From Candidatus Latescibacterota bacterium (GTDB lineage: Bacteria; Latescibacterota; CBDEFO01), in contig OZ252149.1 in NCBI GenBank assembly GCA_965248755.1, positions 1,600,001-1,664,000 of the forward strand: a stretch of 64,000 bases of DNA. Direction: 5' to 3'. Below the pieces are notes generated by a model, which saw only the letters and a list, made by a program, of their open reading frames with translations, had not been told where the DNA came from and ran no database searches. Made by a program: the position numbers and the translations under genes. Shown piece by piece: positions 1 to 10,059 of the stretch. The first letter of the stretch is position 1. Every line of letters starts with the position of its first letter.

Positions 1-414
1 TTTTGTATCCCCCCTTTCTATTCCTACTACTGTCTGTTCATTTTCAAAGGATGCCCGGTTATTTGATGCTACGAGGAACCTCCCCGGACGGTGTTCAACA
101 GAAGTTACCTTCCCCGAAAAGGGTATCCTGTTTATGTGAACGTCAAATGCAGATAAGAATACGCTTATCTGGTAACCTTCGGGTAGGCTTTTTATCTCTA
201 CTACCTTGCCGTCGGCAGCAGATACTATAAGGCCCTCTCCCTGGGGAGGGCTTCTTTGCGGGTCTCTGAAAAAATATGCTATAAAGACGGGAATAGTAAG
301 TGAACAAAGAGAAATCCACTTTAAGCCCGCTCCTCCAAAGAGGGCAAAGAGACCCCAGAATGCCCCGCTTATCAGGGCAGTGGCTGCTAAAAATGGGATA
401 CCTTCTCTTGCCAT
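1..414 (-). CDS. psd: Phosphatidylserine decarboxylase proenzyme, 5' part (runs off window start; absent from ORF track)
   Basis: Manual translation from ATG at 414: MAREGIPFL...AYFFRDPQR...IVSAADGKVV...ISVFLSAFDVHINRIPFSGKV...PGRF...ASFENEQT; FFRDP and DVHINR motifs of the short PSD family. Confidence 0.9.
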   Translation of the reverse strand, partial: MAREGIPFLAATALISGAFWGLFALFGGAGLKWISLCSLTIPVFIAYFFRDPQRSPPQGEGLIVSAADGKVVEIKSLPEGYQISVFLSAFDVHINRIPFSGKVTSVEHRPGRFLVASNNRASFENEQTVVGIERGDTK

Positions 415-654
415 AATTTACGTCAGAGCGAAAATCAGATCCGTAGGGGTAGCTCCGCATGTGTGTCGTGAAAATTCGGGCGAAGACCTGGGTTCGTCCC
501 TACTGCCCTTGCCCTTCCTGCTCACTTGCTACCAGTTTCCTACGCTACTTTTCCCAATGACGGCTCATTTGCTATTGACGTCCTTGTCACTGAAGGGTGA
601 TTCACTCCTAAACAATGTACCCTCTTACACTCCACTTTCTACGTCTTTGCCAGT

Positions 655-1965
655 CTACCTCCGATTGAATCTATCGGGCGGGATCAGCAGGGGCACCTGT
701 CTACTTACTTCAAGCTCTTCCACCTTCAGTGTTGTCTCTATCTCTTCCCCCTGCCTTATCAACTTGATCTTATAGGCGTCCCCCACCGTAGCTTCCCAGA
801 ATATCCCCTTTACACTGTTTACGTCTTTTATGAGTTTGCCGTTCACCTCGACTATGATGTCCCAGACCTTTATCCCAGCCTTATCTGAAGGTCCACTCTT
901 CTCTACATCGGAGACTATTACACCCTCTGTGGACTTTAGATTTAAACTTTGAGCGATAAGTCGATTTAAGTCCTGAGGTGTAAATCCCACCCAGGTCGGT
1001 CTTATCCTGTCGTGAGTAATAACCTCATTGAGTGTCTTTTTGGCTCTGTTTATCGGAATGGCAAAGCCTATTCCGATAGATGTTGTGTTGGTGCGGCTCC
1101 CGGTAATTATGAACGTATTTATCCCTATGACCTCTCCGTCGCTATTTACAAGAGGACCGCCGCTGTTTCCAGGATTGATCGAAGCATCCGTCTGGATCAT
1201 ATCCCTGTAGATAGCCCTTCCGGAGTCTCTCTGGTCGAAATCCCTTCCGAGGGCGCTTATAACGCCCACGGACACGGACGGTTTAGATTCTTCAAAGAGT
1301 CCGAATGGGTTGCCGAGAGCAATGGCCCACTCGCCGATAAATGTCTCGTCAGAATCCCCGAGCCCTGCCGCTGGAAGGTCTTTTGCGTTCAGCTTTATGA
1401 CTGCTATATCCAGGCGTTCGTCTGTCCACACCTGCTTACTTGCATCCTCAATTTCAAAGTTCCTTCCATCGGGCAGGTTGACGACAATCTTATAGGCGTC
1501 TCTTACCACGTGCGTATTCGTGAGGACATAGCCCCTCTTGTCAGCTATGAAGCCCGAGCCAAAGTTTTTAAGCTGTTTTCTTATCCTCCTTGGGGGAATA
1601 AAAAATTCAAAAAGAGGGTCTCTGAAAATAAGGGGACTCCTCGTCACGTACTCCCTGATCTCAGTTACGCTTATGCTGACTACAGCAGGCTCGGTGGACT
1701 CAACGGCCCTGACAATGGCGTTTCTCCTTGAACTTTCAATATCCCCGTAAGGTGCCCGAGCGTAGGCTTGGCCTGGGAACAGGACGCTTACGATCGCACC
1801 TGCCATAAATACCGCCAAGAGTCCCAATGCCGAAAATCGCCACCTGATGGGGGCCTTGATCACTGATATTTCACCTCTATCAAGCAGAGTCCGCAGGCCG
1901 GAGCGGTGGGCCCCGCCACTGTCCTGTCCTTTGTCTTTAGGATCTCCTTTATTCTGCACGGGCAC
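655..1965 (-). CDS. HtrA/DegP-family serine protease with one PDZ domain (true start probably downstream of the truA stop)
   Basis: GSGFI, LTNTHVV, DIAVIK, QTDASINPGNSGGPLVN catalytic motifs; C-terminal PDZ. Confidence 0.93.
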   Translation of the reverse strand: MPVQNKGDPKDKGQDSGGAHRSGLRTLLDRGEISVIKAPIRWRFSALGLLAVFMAGAIVSVLFPGQAYARAPYGDIESSRRNAIVRAVESTEPAVVSISVTEIREYVTRSPLIFRDPLFEFFIPPRRIRKQLKNFGSGFIADKRGYVLTNTHVVRDAYKIVVNLPDGRNFEIEDASKQVWTDERLDIAVIKLNAKDLPAAGLGDSDETFIGEWAIALGNPFGLFEESKPSVSVGVISALGRDFDQRDSGRAIYRDMIQTDASINPGNSGGPLVNSDGEVIGINTFIITGSRTNTTSIGIGFAIPINRAKKTLNEVITHDRIRPTWVGFTPQDLNRLIAQSLNLKSTEGVIVSDVEKSGPSDKAGIKVWDIIVEVNGKLIKDVNSVKGIFWEATVGDAYKIKLIRQGEEIETTLKVEELEVSRQVPLLIPPDRFNRR

Positions 1966-2603
1966 ATTTTGCCCCTGCCTATCTCCACAATGGTACCGAC
2001 TATAGCTCTAACCATGTTGTGGAGAAAGCGATCCGCCTCTATCTGAAACGTAAGTTCCGATCCCTCCTTTCTCCATCGGGACGACGATACAGTGCATATT
2101 CTGTTCTCTACGTCAGTGGAAGACGAACAGAAAGACGAGAAATCGTGCGTTCCAATTAAAAGGCTCGAAGCCTCCTGCATCGACCCAAGATCCATATCCC
2201 TCTCCAAATACCAAGCGTAGAATCTTCCGATGGCTCTTTTTGGCTTCGATATTCTATAAACATAGACGCGACTTGTGGCGTCGAATCTGGCGTTGAAATT
2301 TCCTTCTACTTCGTAAGCACCGAGGACGACAATGTCATCGGGAAGCAGACTGTTGAGACCCCTCTGGATGCTCTCCACATCCAGCCCTGATCGCGTATGG
2401 AAATTTGCGACCTGTCCCCTGGCATGTACCCCAGCATCCGTCCGCCCTGCCCCGGTTAAAGATAGCTCCTCTCCGAGCAGAACGCATAGCTTTTTGACTA
2501 TCGTCCCCTGCACTGTCCTAGGGCCCGGCTGGATTTGCCATCCGTGAAAATTCGTCCCGTCGTATTCGAGCCTCAGGCGGATGTTGCGCGTATCCACACC
2601 CAA
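1860..2603 (-). CDS. truA: tRNA pseudouridine(38-40) synthase
   Basis: YDGTNFHGWQ, AGRTDAGVHARGQV, FLHNMVRAIVG, GPTAPACGL. Confidence 0.97.
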   Translation of the reverse strand: MGVDTRNIRLRLEYDGTNFHGWQIQPGPRTVQGTIVKKLCVLLGEELSLTGAGRTDAGVHARGQVANFHTRSGLDVESIQRGLNSLLPDDIVVLGAYEVEGNFNARFDATSRVYVYRISKPKRAIGRFYAWYLERDMDLGSMQEASSLLIGTHDFSSFCSSSTDVENRICTVSSSRWRKEGSELTFQIEADRFLHNMVRAIVGTIVEIGRGKMCPCRIKEILKTKDRTVAGPTAPACGLCLIEVKYQ

Positions 2604-2746
2604 GTGATAAAGAGATCTCCCAGTAGGTAGTAGACAGTAGTCAGTAGACAGGGGGTACTGCCTTCCATCCCTGTTTGCTATTTTTCAAGGGGGCAAGGGT
2701 CCCTGTATGCAGTCTACTGTTTGCTGTCTGCTTAAAAAGAGTTTCC

Positions 2747-3547
2747 TCAACCGTAAGTTATCGCAATTATTGACAAAAGCACCACAGTTCCCATTGCCAG
2801 TAAGTCGGAAGCCTTGAATCTCAGTTCCACAAGACTCGTCCTACCTTCGCCTCCTTTGTAGCATCGGGAATCCATCGCCAGGGCCAGCCGGTCCGCTCGC
2901 CTGAAGGCGGACAGAAAAAGAGGTATCAAGAGTGGGATCAGGCTCTTTATTCTCTTGACAAGTCCGCCCTCAAAGGACGCTCCCCTTGCAAGTTGAGCCT
3001 GTCTTATCCTGTGGGCCTCGTCCATTAAGGTCGGGATGAATCTGAGGGCGATGGAGGTCACGGCGGAAAGCTCGTAAGCCGGGACTCCGAATCTTTTAAA
3101 TGGGGTCAAGAGTCTCTCAAGACCGTCCGTCAACTCCATAGGAGAAGTAGTCAGAGTCAAAAGTGAAGCGGCTATTATCAGAGTCGAAAGCCGTACAGCC
3201 AAGAAAATCCCCTCCCTTAGGCCCTCCGCTGTCATGGCCACATCTATAAGCGGAACATTCCACAAAACAGCGCCCTGAGTCCGAAAAGCATGCAGAGCGA
3301 AGGTCAACATAAAGAGCCACATAAAGGGCCTTAAATTCCTTAGCACTAACCCATAAGGCAAATTAGAGAGCGCGGTGATCCCCAAAATGCAGAATAGAAG
3401 ACCTATTAGTCCCGGGAAACTATCTCCAATCAGAATGGCAGACATCAAAACCATGCACGCCCCGAACTTAGTCCGTGGATCCAACCTGTGAACAGTGGAA
3501 TCCACAGATACGTATCTACCCAGGGTTATGTCGTTCAAAAGAGACAT
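2747..3547 (-). CDS. ecfT: ECF transporter transmembrane component T
   Basis: HRLDPRTK, LTLTTSP, IALRFIPTL, QLARG, ALAMDSRCY motifs. Confidence 0.93.
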   Translation of the reverse strand: MSLLNDITLGRYVSVDSTVHRLDPRTKFGACMVLMSAILIGDSFPGLIGLLFCILGITALSNLPYGLVLRNLRPFMWLFMLTFALHAFRTQGAVLWNVPLIDVAMTAEGLREGIFLAVRLSTLIIAASLLTLTTSPMELTDGLERLLTPFKRFGVPAYELSAVTSIALRFIPTLMDEAHRIRQAQLARGASFEGGLVKRIKSLIPLLIPLFLSAFRRADRLALAMDSRCYKGGEGRTSLVELRFKASDLLAMGTVVLLSIIAITYG

Positions 3548-3778
3548 AGACTTATTGAAATCAGTAAACAGTAGGGTCAGACCCGTGTGTATGCTCTAAA
3601 CAGTAGACGAGGAGATTCAAGTAAGCACAAGAGATAATCCGATATCTGGTCTACTTTGAATATACTAAATCGGCTTAATTAATGCAATTGATTTTTATGA
3701 GCTAAAGCAAAAAGCCCGCAAGGCACAATCCTACGGACTCTTTGTATGTAGATGAAAAAGTAATAGACCAATAGCTAA

Positions 3779-4369
3779 CTACGAAGCATCTTCGAGATGT
3801 TTCAGGAGAGTTGAGACGTCAAAAGGAGTCGTTGTCGTGAGGTGTACGGCAAATCTCTGCTTCGGATCTTCTCTCCAGTTGAGGTCAAAATCAGAACCGG
3901 TATAGAGCGTCTTTAACAGATCTTCCAGGTCGGGCTTGATGTCGGAAAATGTCTCTTGAGTATTGGGCGCCAAGAGCCGATCGTTGATGGTAAAGAGGGC
4001 TTCATTCCCCTTAAACTTCAGCTTCCCCTCCAGCGTTGCCTCCTCCTCCAGGCGACAACACGCCTTGAGTGCCGATCGAAATGCAAAAAGGAGCTTTTCC
4101 CGATTGTTTCCATTTAGCGGTTGCTTGCGGTTGTACAAGAGGCCGAGGCGGTTGTCGGCGTTATCCATACTAAAGTCCGCTCTGTGGCCGATGAGAACCA
4201 CCCCGGGACCGGCATAAATGTGGCTATAATCGGCGATGTCCAGATAGATGACTTCATCCTCATCGTCGGTGTTTTGTATCCAGGAGGTAAAGATCCCGAT
4301 GAAATCCTTCAGGCGTACTGCTGAGGGATCCTCAGCGTAGAACTTAACATTGATCTTTTGCACGTCCAT
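3779..4369 (-). CDS. Hypothetical protein downstream of the nitrite/sulfite reductase
   Basis: 196-aa ORF with DIADYSHIYAGPGVVLIGH; same strand, 78 nt after the reductase. Confidence 0.75.
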   Translation of the reverse strand: MDVQKINVKFYAEDPSAVRLKDFIGIFTSWIQNTDDEDEVIYLDIADYSHIYAGPGVVLIGHRADFSMDNADNRLGLLYNRKQPLNGNNREKLLFAFRSALKACCRLEEEATLEGKLKFKGNEALFTINDRLLAPNTQETFSDIKPDLEDLLKTLYTGSDFDLNWREDPKQRFAVHLTTTTPFDVSTLLKHLEDAS

Positions 4370-4390
4370 AAAAACCTGTAAACTCCTCTT

Positions 4391-4420
4391 GTAGGGGCAA
4401 ACATACAGGTTCGCCCCTAC
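4391..4420. repeat. GTAG-type REP-like palindrome
   Basis: GTAGGGGCAAAC-atacag-GTTCGCCCCTAC; related TCGCCCCTAC half-sites near 8198-8207 and 59140-59149. Confidence 0.7.
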
Positions 4421-4447
4421 TGCCGTTCCCTGTCTACTGACTACAGT

Positions 4448-6721
4448 CTACTTGACTTTCATAGGGGTGACATTCATCTTACCGTAGCAACTGTACGCCG
4501 CTTCGATAAAGAGTTGCGCCTCTTCTATCCGGCGATGGGCTATATCCTGAGTGTACTCGACAGTTGGCCTTTCCTTAGCCTTGAAAAGGTAGTTTGCAAA
4601 TTTCCCCCGCGCATAAGTGTCATAGAATAACTCCGTATTGCAGAAGCGCTCTCGAAATTCACTGATGATCTCCTCTTCATCATCCGAGATGTCGACATTT
4701 TGGGTTTTGATGAGCGCTTGGGCTGCACGGAGCATAGAACTGTAGGCCATCTGGGTTGCCTTTTGGAACTCCCCGCTATCTAATTGTATCTGGGCTTCGA
4801 AGACTTCGCGATCTGAAGCAGATAGGCCGAACTCCACCACAGAGATCACTTCCCCTGCGCACTCTCCTACTCCCATATCCTTTATCGTAAATTCCCGCGG
4901 GTCGCCCCAATCGCTATAGTAGGAGCTGTCTATATCGTGAGGTGGAACCTGTGTCAGATCGTCCAATAGCTTCTTGACTTCGCTCTTGCCGATCCTGCGG
5001 ATAAAATCCTGGAAGCTTTCTCCGTTTGATCGGTCCTGCAGATACCGATCTGTGATTACGGTCACCACATCGGGTATTCGGCGGGAGGGAACAGCGCCTA
5101 CCGCCAGTCCGAACGATCCGGCGTTTTCCACCCACTGGCCTCCTAACACCACCTGGAAATGGGGCACAGTGTAGCCTTGGACCTTTCTGCTGACGCCGTA
5201 GAAGCCGATGTCGGAGATGTGGTGTTGACCGCACGCATTGAAGCAGCCGCTGATCTTGATCCGCAGATTTCTGATGGCTTCATCAAACTGAAAGCTCTTT
5301 TCTACAAGCCGATTTCGCAGTTCCCCAGCAAGACCTCGCGAAGAGGCAATTCCCAGTTTACACGTATCCGTCCCGGGGCAGGCTGTCACGTCCACAATCG
5401 TCCCTGCACCGGCATCTCCCAGACCGATCTTACGAAGCTCCGTATAAAGTTCCGGCAGGTCGGCTTCGCGCACCCAGCGCATCACGATATTCTGCTCCAC
5501 TGTAGTTCGTATAGTATCCTTAACGAAGCGCCGCGAAATGTCCGCCAGGGCTCGGAGCTGGTCAGAGGTAATATCGCCTAGGGGCAGAGTCACGGTTACT
5601 ACGACATATCCTTCCTGTTTTTGTGGATGAACGTTGGTTGCATACCACCGGTCGAACCCTTCAGGAGGCACAGCGCCGTTTAAGGGTTGTCCCTCCTTAA
5701 GGGGCGTTTCATCGTACGCATTGATGTCGGAAAGATATGCTGTCCATTCAGGCTCGGTCGGGAGCTTCTCCCGTTCCTCAAGTACGAGTTCCCGAAACTT
5801 GTCTATGCCCAAATTGGCGACCAGGAACTTGATTCTGGCGCGGGCCCGATTCTTCTTTTCGCCCATGCGAGCATAGACCCGGGAGATCGCCTGCGCCATC
5901 GGTAAAAGCTCTTCCTCCGGCAGAAATTCATCAAATAGTTTTGCCTGATGTGGAACGGCTCCCAGGCCGCCGCCCACGTAGAATTCAAAACCTCGCTTTT
6001 CTACTCCGTTCTCTTTACGCTTTACGGCGACAGCGCCCATATCGTGCATATTCACCAGACCGCAGGCGTGCTGCGTGCAGCCTGAGAACGCCACCTTGAA
6101 TTTGCGTCCAAAGTCCTGTGTATCCGGGTGGCCGAGCAGAAACTTGGAGCACGCCTTGGCGTAAGGAGTAATGTCAAAGGTCTCATCTGAACAGACCCCT
6201 GCCAGAGGGCAGGCGGTCACATTGCGAACGGCGTTGCCGCACGCCTCTCTGGTTGTGATGCCGACAGCGGCGAGCCGCCGCATAAGGGTCGGAGTGTCGT
6301 CAATATGGATGAAGTGATATTGGATATCCTGACGGGTGGTAATATGAGAGATTCCGTCGGAATACTCCTCTGCCAAATCGGCCAAAACGTCCATCTGCTC
6401 GGCTGTCACTCCACCAAAGGGGATCTTAATCCGCATCATCCCAGGGGCGTCCCACAACGTGTTAGGACCCTTTGTCAGTTCCTCAGAGGGAAACTTAATC
6501 TGCTGGGTCTTTACCCCATCATTACGCTGTCCATTGTCGTAGCGCTGACCATACACTCCGCGCCGAAGACGAGTCTCCGCAAAGACCTTCTCATCGATCT
6601 TGCCCTGCTTTCTCAACTGGATCTGAGTTTCGAAAATATCTATCTCCTCTCTCAGATCTGGCGGAATTCTGTCTGCAAGTTTCTCTTTCCAGCCGATATT
6701 AGCTTTGGTCATGCGAATCAC
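4448..6721 (-). CDS. Siroheme nitrite/sulfite reductase with C-terminal HEPN-like extension
   Basis: HITTRQDIQ, ACGNAVRNVTACP, CPGTDTCKLG, KISGCFNACGQHH siroheme/4Fe-4S motifs. Confidence 0.92.
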   Translation of the reverse strand: MIRMTKANIGWKEKLADRIPPDLREEIDIFETQIQLRKQGKIDEKVFAETRLRRGVYGQRYDNGQRNDGVKTQQIKFPSEELTKGPNTLWDAPGMMRIKIPFGGVTAEQMDVLADLAEEYSDGISHITTRQDIQYHFIHIDDTPTLMRRLAAVGITTREACGNAVRNVTACPLAGVCSDETFDITPYAKACSKFLLGHPDTQDFGRKFKVAFSGCTQHACGLVNMHDMGAVAVKRKENGVEKRGFEFYVGGGLGAVPHQAKLFDEFLPEEELLPMAQAISRVYARMGEKKNRARARIKFLVANLGIDKFRELVLEEREKLPTEPEWTAYLSDINAYDETPLKEGQPLNGAVPPEGFDRWYATNVHPQKQEGYVVVTVTLPLGDITSDQLRALADISRRFVKDTIRTTVEQNIVMRWVREADLPELYTELRKIGLGDAGAGTIVDVTACPGTDTCKLGIASSRGLAGELRNRLVEKSFQFDEAIRNLRIKISGCFNACGQHHISDIGFYGVSRKVQGYTVPHFQVVLGGQWVENAGSFGLAVGAVPSRRIPDVVTVITDRYLQDRSNGESFQDFIRRIGKSEVKKLLDDLTQVPPHDIDSSYYSDWGDPREFTIKDMGVGECAGEVISVVEFGLSASDREVFEAQIQLDSGEFQKATQMAYSSMLRAAQALIKTQNVDISDDEEEIISEFRERFCNTELFYDTYARGKFANYLFKAKERPTVEYTQDIAHRRIEEAQLFIEAAYSCYGKMNVTPMKVK

Positions 6722-6819
6722 CTATCTATACTTGAAGTAGGCTGCTTTACCTACATTAATTGAAAAGTGCCACAGGTGTTTTGGCTGTTATATGTAACCT
6801 ATGTTTTAGGGATCGGCAA

Positions 6820-7224
6820 CTACGTTTGGACCCCGCTTCCGATCTCCGCAATCGCCTCGACTTCGACCAGCAGGTCAGGGTTTACGAGCGCCGGCGTTGC
6901 GACCGTGGAGCTGGCCGGGATATTGTTAGGGAAAGCCTCTGCGCGAGCCGCACCGTAGTCGGGGTACCTGCTGAAGTCGGTGATGAACGCCGTGAGCTTT
7001 ACCACGTCCTCCATGGTTGCTCCGGCCTCAGCGAGGACCGTTCGCATATTCTTGAACACCTGGCGCGCCTGTGCACCCATGTCATCCACACCGACCACGT
7101 TGCCGTCCGGGTCGAAAGCGATCTGTCCCGAGAGGTACACCGTGTTCCCCACCCGCATGCCCTGGGAAATCCGGAATGTTTTCGTCCAGGGCCATTCAGG
7201 GTTCACCTCGATTTGCTCTGGCAT
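6820..7224 (-). CDS. RidA/YjgF/UK114 family protein
   Basis: VYLSGQIA, QARQVFKN, PASSTV, LLVEVEAIA. Confidence 0.92.
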   Translation of the reverse strand: MPEQIEVNPEWPWTKTFRISQGMRVGNTVYLSGQIAFDPDGNVVGVDDMGAQARQVFKNMRTVLAEAGATMEDVVKLTAFITDFSRYPDYGAARAEAFPNNIPASSTVATPALVNPDLLVEVEAIAEIGSGVQT

Positions 7225-7318
7225 CTTGCATCTCCTGATGTTTTCGTTGGCAGTTGGCTAATTACTTGGTAAACGCAAAAGCATTGGAATTCTTCAATTG
7301 TTGATACACTTAGTCAAC

Positions 7319-7347
7319 AATATAAGAAAAAAGGGACTCCTTGTCAA
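7319..7347 (-). promoter_or_regulatory. Sigma70-like promoter upstream of the ridA gene
   Basis: Minus strand TTGACA-17 nt-TATATT. Confidence 0.55.
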
Positions 7348-7508
7348 GATGAAATCCAAAATGGGCTGAAAAAATCCCGATACAGGGAGAAGCGCTGCCA
7401 CCCCGTATACTGTCTACGAGATTGCTTCTCTCCGATAGATTCAATCGGGGGCTCAATCGGGGACAAGGGAAAGAAGGATGTGCCCCCTATCTACTATCTA
7501 ATTGCTTG

Positions 7509-8015
7509 TTAATATGGATAGCCGCCTCCGCCCCCGCCGCCACTCGGAGGTGGCTTGCTTGTATCTCTGAAAGGTACGGGATACCAGTAATCGAAAGTTA
7601 GGGAGGAATCCTCTACTGCAGTTAGAAAGATTTTCCCAAAGTCAGCCTCCTTGCTCCTGACGGCGTAGTAGTGTCCTTCCACAACCTTCATCGTCTCTGG
7701 GCCGGCTAGATCTCTCTTGGATATAGAACTGAAGTTAGATCTGCTTCTATCCTCCATTTGAGCCGGAACTATGGCGTAGATCATAGCGTTGCCATCTATA
7801 CTAGCGGCGGAGAAGTCTCCGCTGGAAGAGGAGATCGTGCCAGAAGACAGATCGAACCCGTCTTCGAATGAATGTGCCAGAGGGAGCTGATCTGTGCCCG
7901 TAGGTGTAGAAGAAATGGAAGTCGGACTGCTATCTTCCCCACAGCCTGATAGAATTGCAAAAATGGCTAAAATCAACCCTAACGATACACTGTCAGTGAA
8001 CTTCACGACTTTCAC
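7509..8015 (-). CDS. Putative lipoprotein with Pro/Gly-rich C-terminus
   Basis: Hydrophobic signal ending in lipobox LSG-C; ends PPPSGGGGGGGYPY. Confidence 0.7.
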   Translation of the reverse strand: MKVVKFTDSVSLGLILAIFAILSGCGEDSSPTSISSTPTGTDQLPLAHSFEDGFDLSSGTISSSSGDFSAASIDGNAMIYAIVPAQMEDRSRSNFSSISKRDLAGPETMKVVEGHYYAVRSKEADFGKIFLTAVEDSSLTFDYWYPVPFRDTSKPPPSGGGGGGGYPY

Positions 8016-8342
8016 CTTCTGCTGTTATTACCTTGTCTTTTTGTCCTGATGCCTCACAGTCGTTTTGTATTACTCCCTAAATCTACAAGGGGATATATCC
8101 AAAGTCAAGAGAAATATCACATTCACGATTGTGACAATGTGAGGGCGGGGTTATCCCGCCCTTGGGCCGAGTGGTCGCTGATTGAATCTATCGGGGATCG
8201 CCCCTACGAAAACATTCGTTCGTGCAAATTGTTATCTCTTTGCAAAACCTAAGCTTTACCTTTCCGAATCAGAGTCACATTCATAACCCGTCCCGTGTAT
8301 GGGCTATTACATGCACAAATACGGGATCTATTCAAAAAAACA

Positions 8343-8371
8343 TTGACAGGTACCGAGCCCTTCTATATTTT
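8343..8371 (+). promoter_or_regulatory. Sigma70-like promoter upstream of the M81 peptidase
   Basis: TTGACA-17 nt-TATTTT. Confidence 0.55.
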
Positions 8372-8480
8372 TGTTCTGTGAAGAAGGTAAATTGACGTTC
8401 ACGAAATACTTGAGGGGAGTCCCTGTCTACCCCCGATAGATTCAATCGGGTCCTACTGTCTAGTGGTTAAGGAGGTAGCT

Positions 8481-9950
8481 ATGCGCATTGCACTTGCCGG
8501 TTTTATGCACGAATCCAATACGTTTTCAGATGTACCCACCACACTCAAGCACTTTGAGGACTCAAGCCTACACTATGGAGAGGACGTAATTGAGATCTGG
8601 AAAGATGCGCACCACGAGATGGGAGGCTTTATCGCTGGCGCAGAGGAAAATAGCTTTGAGGCCGTGCCGATCCTGATGGCATCGGCGACGCCGTCAGGTC
8701 CGGTCACAGAGGAGACCTATGAGAAGATCGTCGGAGACCTTATCGAAGGCCTTCGCAAGGCCGGTCAGTTGGACGGCCTCCTGTTAGCTCTGCACGGGGC
8801 GATGGTCTCTGAGGCTTATCCGAACGCTGACGGAGAGACCGCAGAGCGTCTGCGCCGTGAAGTGGGGCCTAATTTTCCGATCGTGTTGTCGCTTGATCTG
8901 CACGCAAACGTATCGTCCCGGATGGTGGATTGTCCCACTGCGACTGTGATCTACCGGACCTGTCCCCACCTCGACCAACGGGAAAGAGGCATTGAGTGCG
9001 CTGCGCTAATCGCCCGGACGGTGAGAGGGGAGATCCATCCCGTGCAGGCGATGAAGAAACCCCCACTGCTTCCCAACATCGCTCAGCACCATACCGGCGC
9101 GGGTGCTATGGCCGAGATCGTAAGGGAAGTCCACAGGATAGCTAACCTTCCTGGTATCCTGTCCGCCTCCTTTGCGGTCGGATTTGCCTATGCGGATGTT
9201 CCCGATCTGGGCCCGGCCGCTGTCGTGGCCGCCGAGGCAGACAAGGAGCGGGCAGAGGCCGAGGTACAGCGTCTCTCCGATTTCGTATGGGAGCGGCGGG
9301 AGGGGCTAAACATGAAATTGCCGGACCCGGAGACTGCGGTTAAGGAGGCAGCAGCAAGTCCAAGCTGCCCGGTAACTCTGATGGACTGCGGGGACAACGT
9401 GGGCGGCGGCAGTCCGGGGGATTCGACGATCCTCCTTTCTGAGATCATAAGACAGGGCGTTCAAAACTGCCTCGTTGTCCTGTACGATCCAGAATCCGTA
9501 CGAGCGTGCGTGGAGGCAGGCGTCCGCAAGACCGTACAACTGGAAGTGGGCGGCAAGACCGACCGCCGCCACGGGGAGCCGATCCCGATCCAAGGACAGG
9601 TCCGGACGATCTCCGACGGAAAATATATAGAACCCGAGCCCCGCCACGGCGGGAAACGCTTCTTCGATCAGGGCATCACCGCTGTTGTAGAGACAGATGA
9701 GGGCCACACTATAGTGCTCAACAGCCTGCGCGAGGCGCCGATGAGCCTCCATCAGATCCTAAGCCTCGGAATCCGTCCCAATACGAAGAAGATCATCGTG
9801 GCCAAGGGAGTCATAGCCCCGCGGGCGGCGTACGAACCCGTCTCGGCGAGAATCATCGCGGTCGATACGCCCGGCGTGACTGCCACTGGCCCGGAGCACT
9901 TTACCTATTACCACCGACCCAAACCCCTCTATCCACTTGATCCTGTTTGA
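8481..9950 (+). CDS. M81 family metallopeptidase (MlrC-like)
   Basis: HESNTFS, LALHGAMV, SLDLHANV, PHLD, DCGDNVGGG; AAGGAGG RBS before ATG 8481. Confidence 0.92.
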   Translation: MRIALAGFMHESNTFSDVPTTLKHFEDSSLHYGEDVIEIWKDAHHEMGGFIAGAEENSFEAVPILMASATPSGPVTEETYEKIVGDLIEGLRKAGQLDGLLLALHGAMVSEAYPNADGETAERLRREVGPNFPIVLSLDLHANVSSRMVDCPTATVIYRTCPHLDQRERGIECAALIARTVRGEIHPVQAMKKPPLLPNIAQHHTGAGAMAEIVREVHRIANLPGILSASFAVGFAYADVPDLGPAAVVAAEADKERAEAEVQRLSDFVWERREGLNMKLPDPETAVKEAAASPSCPVTLMDCGDNVGGGSPGDSTILLSEIIRQGVQNCLVVLYDPESVRACVEAGVRKTVQLEVGGKTDRRHGEPIPIQGQVRTISDGKYIEPEPRHGGKRFFDQGITAVVETDEGHTIVLNSLREAPMSLHQILSLGIRPNTKKIIVAKGVIAPRAAYEPVSARIIAVDTPGVTATGPEHFTYYHRPKPLYPLDPV

Positions 9951-10059
9951 CGATAACAGGTAGACAGGGAGACGCGTCATGGACGTCGGGGGCAACAGAC
10001 GAGGGTGGCTTCGGGAAAAGGAAGAGAACGCGGAGTGTCCTGTAAAGAGGTAAAGCGAA

